Source: Promethearchaeota archaeon (lineage in GTDB: Archaea > Asgardarchaeota > Lokiarchaeia > Sigyniarchaeales > SOKP01). Taken from it: a stretch of DNA of 50,820 nt. The notes beneath the pieces were generated by a model. That model was not told the origin of the DNA, ran no database searches, and saw only the letters and a list, made by a program, of their open reading frames with translations. Below, piece by piece: positions 48,401 to 50,820 of this stretch; position 1 is the first letter of the stretch, and every line of letters begins with the position of its first letter. The position numbers were made by a program, and so were the translations under genes. The stretch lies in assembly GCA_016839745.1 (NCBI GenBank), contig JAEOTS010000001.1, forward strand, positions 1-50,820. The letters are read 5' to 3'.

Positions 48401-49593
48401 ATAAATCCTACTGAAATATTGAAATTTTTTAAATCTCCCTCAAAGATATTCGTCGTATTATCCCAGGAATCCGTATATAATCTTCCAGATGTTAGCCATT
48501 TCCGTTTACCCAATTCAGAAATATCTAACATTCCCTTACTAAAGATTTTTTCATTATTTATCTTAACATATAGGTAGTGGTCATTCGTAGGTAATGCATA
48601 TTGGCAGTAATAGTCAAAACTTAAATACGCTTCAACAAATGGGCCACTCTCAATAGTAAATTCTTGGAATAATTCGGAATAAGCACCAGTATCAAAATCT
48701 ACTTCAAATTCACTAACATAGTCTCCATACAAAGCAACATACATTGCTGAAGCGTTATCTACTTCTCCAGGACCGTAATCGTTCCAACAATCAATACCTA
48801 CATTATAATTAAATTGCCAACTGGCAGAATTTATATCAATATTCGAGCTTGAATTCATAAATTCATAATAATCAATATCATAACCATAATAATGATCTTT
48901 GTTATCAGAATCGTAGTCAATTTTTATTGTATCACCAATAACCCAAGGAGAGTAGAAATTATATACATTTTCTGAGGTAGTATTGACATAATAATAATTA
49001 ACTGCTGTAGAATTTGTGATGTATACCCAATCATAACCATATTCAAACTGTAATCTAGAAAAATGAACTCGAATATACTTTGCTCCTGATACGGTAATTT
49101 CATCTTCAGGAGAAAGCCAGTCAGGATTGTGATTAACATAAGGATGTGGTGTACCGTAAATATCCATCGTATCGTATACTCGATAAATAATAGGTGATTC
49201 AAAACCAGAATTATTTATCCAATTTCTTTTATCAACTATATTTTCTAAGGAGTTTTCAACCTTATAAGCTTTCCAGTCGTGTGCAGAATCAAGATAATAA
49301 TTTAAATTAAGTTCTTCTTGATTGTTTAAGGAAATTTCTTGATTATACTTATATAAATTTCCATAGTCTGTTATATTTAAGGCATTTTCATTTCCTTCAA
49401 ATAAAACTGAATCAATATCTGCAATTAAGGGCAGTTGGGAGGGACTATTAAAATCTCTATCTATTTCTGTTTTTAAATTGGAATTTGGAATGAGAAAACT
49501 ACTCGAAAGAAATATTGCTAAGAAAGAAATAAGAATTGCTGTTCTTCGAACTGATATTTTTTTTAAGAGTGAATTATTAGAAAAAATTTTCAT
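45418..49593 (-). CDS. Large single-pass surface glycoprotein: CUB-like and Ig-like ectodomain, TM, cytoplasmic longin + wHTH
   Basis: N-terminal signal/TM; CUB-like HPY...IRVHF...EYGYDWVYI...DSD...YG; many NxS/T sites; TM FLIWIIIL...; RRRRR; IVAIHRDSGIPLY...FSGFIQAI longin. Confidence 0.85.
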   Translation of the reverse strand: MKIFSNNSLLKKISVRRTAILISFLAIFLSSSFLIPNSNLKTEIDRDFNSPSQLPLIADIDSVLFEGNENALNITDYGNLYKYNQEISLNNQEELNLNYYLDSAHDWKAYKVENSLENIVDKRNWINNSGFESPIIYRVYDTMDIYGTPHPYVNHNPDWLSPEDEITVSGAKYIRVHFSRLQFEYGYDWVYITNSTAVNYYYVNTTSENVYNFYSPWVIGDTIKIDYDSDNKDHYYGYDIDYYEFMNSSSNIDINSASWQFNYNVGIDCWNDYGPGEVDNASAMYVALYGDYVSEFEVDFDTGAYSELFQEFTIESGPFVEAYLSFDYYCQYALPTNDHYLYVKINNEKIFSKGMLDISELGKRKWLTSGRLYTDSWDNTTNIFEGDLKNFNISVGFIIGSGYTYTSGWAIEDGFTNIVWFDNVSLVVTTKANATQPGVDLTINSQTLQDSSDWGSSNQTISQIWDTNPITLTINTTSPHLEFDLDTTVYGYNFGNSMINQQNTEGVLYEILENGTIYWKYYHNLYIPNQYTDIEIDINKPEDWEIISALDPTLQEITFEDGKVGDPLLKINKSYAIFPGWWTFKATSPNFLNQSNTKLLKQGEWTHTNFDTGESTRIKTQVNYSGRIPINIELTEVNLTIFDPEGNQWYSEVNSPLSNGTVFFSEITFSALNTTGGQFDYTLFWSNGTALGGVKSNFIVNHQSQIQLLKPDDAKPDLVTDGFVGDIIPVRIILTDPENDLSISDAIVSYNWTGGSILNFTEAAIGIYETILDTADLTSKGVYEILINSSKLGFIESNLTLEINLGEETGLQRLESEYNIELHANSTIKFKFTDYSGDGIDGATVNVSINNPSYYSIENLGNGTYDIEFNTSYIDNIGIYQINFTFSANEYEPQHYVYQFQIIKQSVNLSVYINSIEIQENSLNEVAYFDIINISAKAMSIIDKNNISGGNFTWISASYKKNLTEYVDDWYNSSIECLPENFSSGINFIYLKFEHSNYRKQTFGFEILIDRIEFDVDIVGHEDANPTIKVDIGGSLVLQIELLDIETNQPIENASVLYKWTYGVGELEEITPGTYQLSVGLPENLQGNFIFNLIISKEGTVYKTTQSSFLLVIGEPQFPTFLIWIIILISAIIIGALGILSLRSYVILPRRRRREAELLARTQRFKDIENIQAIVAIHRDSGIPLYTKSYSILEKHKKEIFSGFIQAIITVGEEMVGKRGEGRELVELDEEDGTRTILELDFKYFYCLICDRQDLRIIFLLTDRASDRMKKQISDLSLGAMLELSEQIGNWDGAIHEFESMFPPIVKKYVELSYKEAFTINNAEFIAKIRKEDELNSMETRILNVIYSIAKSKQEFYLETVFELIHEKNRDTVIDGIETLIKKQLIIPSTK

Positions 49594-49764
49594 AATATCC
49601 CCTGTTATTGATTAGAATAATTATAAAATTTATAAAAACTAAAATTAATAAATTTAAGTTTTAAGTAAAAAGAAAGAAATATAGGTTAGAAGTATTTTTT
49701 AACATGCTTCAACCTAGAATATAACGATAGGAACGCTGGATTAAACGACTATTCTATCTGATAC

Positions 49765-50088
49765 TTAGTTAGGAACATCACTTATGAATTCTGATTTTAG
49801 TAGATTAACATATGAGAGTTTATCGCTATTTGTTAACGAGTTTACTTTAATTCCCCTGTTATTATAAATATCTGGTGGCATCTCATCAAAAAGAGAGAGA
49901 ATAAGGATAATAGCATTTTTTACCAACTCCTTGTTTCTGGTTCGTTTTAATACTTTCATTAATTGAATAAATGATTTATTTTTCCAGATTTCTGTTGTTT
50001 CTTTGTTTGTGTCTTGGTTTTGAAAGAAATCAATAATACTTAGATAATAATCAAGTTCGTAATTATCGTTGTTATTTGACATAATCAT
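49765..50088 (-). CDS. Hypothetical protein
   Basis: 107-aa helical ORF co-oriented with its neighbours. Confidence 0.5.
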   Translation of the reverse strand: MIMSNNNDNYELDYYLSIIDFFQNQDTNKETTEIWKNKSFIQLMKVLKRTRNKELVKNAIILILSLFDEMPPDIYNNRGIKVNSLTNSDKLSYVNLLKSEFISDVPN

Positions 50089-50322
50089 TATTCTTAAACC
50101 GTATTCTTACATATATAACCTTAGAATTTGTTTTTAAATTAGAGGAGATTATTAGTTTTTTGTTATTATTTTCGCACGTGTTCATTTATTGAGGTTATTT
50201 AAAATATTTTACTTGGAAAATGAATCTTACCTTATTCAGTTTAAAAATTCGTATGGGCATTTTATTATTTTATGTGATATTTGGATAATATATCACAATC
50301 GAAAGTTGGAAAGGGAAAAATT

Positions 50323-50820
50323 TTAGAGTTTTTCTAACTCTGGAGGAATATGTCCATAAGTTTTTTGAAATCGTGTTCTAACACTTTCAATGTCATAAAT
50401 TTGCGTTTGAGCACCGCTGGTTTCAACTACAAAAGAACCTAATATGGACCCTAATCTGCAAGAGTCTAAGAGATTCATATTTAAGATTAATCCCGTGAGA
50501 ATTCCCGCACGATACCCATCTCCTGCTCCAGTCGCGTCCACGGTACTATTAGGTTTTGCGATAGGAATTTTAATGCTCTTTAATTCCTCAGAATCTGTTT
50601 TAAAAATTAATTCTGAACCCTCTGAGCCTTTTGTTTTTATTATTGTTTTAACCAACTTAAGAATGTTTTGTTCGTCTAAATCTGTCTTTTTTATTACTTG
50701 ATTTATTTCGAATGAATTCCCAATTAAAATCTCCGATTTCTTTAAAATCTCTACTAAATTATCCTTGGAAAAGAGAGGGGTAATTTGTCCAGGATCAAAT
50801 ATCATAGGAATATTTAAATC
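50323..50820 (-). CDS. PfkB-family carbohydrate/nucleoside kinase, 5' part outside the window
   Basis: FDPGQ, N.FE, TKGSEGS and VDATGAGDGYRAG. Confidence 0.9.
   Translation of the reverse strand, partial: DLNIPMIFDPGQITPLFSKDNLVEILKKSEILIGNSFEINQVIKKTDLDEQNILKLVKTIIKTKGSEGSELIFKTDSEELKSIKIPIAKPNSTVDATGAGDGYRAGILTGLILNMNLLDSCRLGSILGSFVVETSGAQTQIYDIESVRTRFQKTYGHIPPELEKL

Noticed and set aside
11193-49202. Same-strand alternate-frame ORFs (11193, 12132, 41884, 46824, 48924)
   Set aside because: Nested within longer genes with recognisable features; no evidence of frameshifting
49703-49757. Imperfect hairpin (tagaata...tattcta) upstream of the large surface-protein gene
   Set aside because: AT-rich 7-bp arms are expected by chance at this base composition; no recognisable RNA motif

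Overview
AT-rich archaeal DNA that is almost certainly from an Asgard archaeon of the Lokiarchaeia. The evidence is several longin/roadblock small-GTPase fusions, a single-domain gelsolin-like protein, an archaeosortase with an IPGY (Loki-CTERM-like) substrate, eL13, UPF0147 and a BHB-intron tRNA. Housekeeping genes include hypC, cooC, a cyclophilin, an ADP-forming acyl-CoA synthetase with a DRTGG partner, ppsA, an M29 aminopeptidase, a nitroreductase, an MtrH-like protein and a PfkB kinase. The main signal is a dispersed cluster (18-50 kb) of eukaryote-like GTPase signalling parts. Three GTPases carry an N-terminal longin of the FLCN/SMCR8/NPRL2 type. Two of these keep a candidate arginine-finger loop (DPTARG, DESRRG) and one has lost it. 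Nearby are a Rag-type GTPase-roadblock, a zinc ribbon-roadblock, a soluble longin-wHTH and a 1391-aa CUB-containing single-pass surface protein with a cytoplasmic longin-wHTH. The ORF track missed several features: a tandem 264-bp duplication encoding two very acidic Trp-containing micro-proteins, a tRNA-Pro(CGG) with a non-canonical 25/26 intron, two genes that appear to start at ATT, and a partial membrane gene at the left edge. No CRISPR array, rRNA or transposase was seen. All family assignments come from motif recognition by eye, not from database searches.
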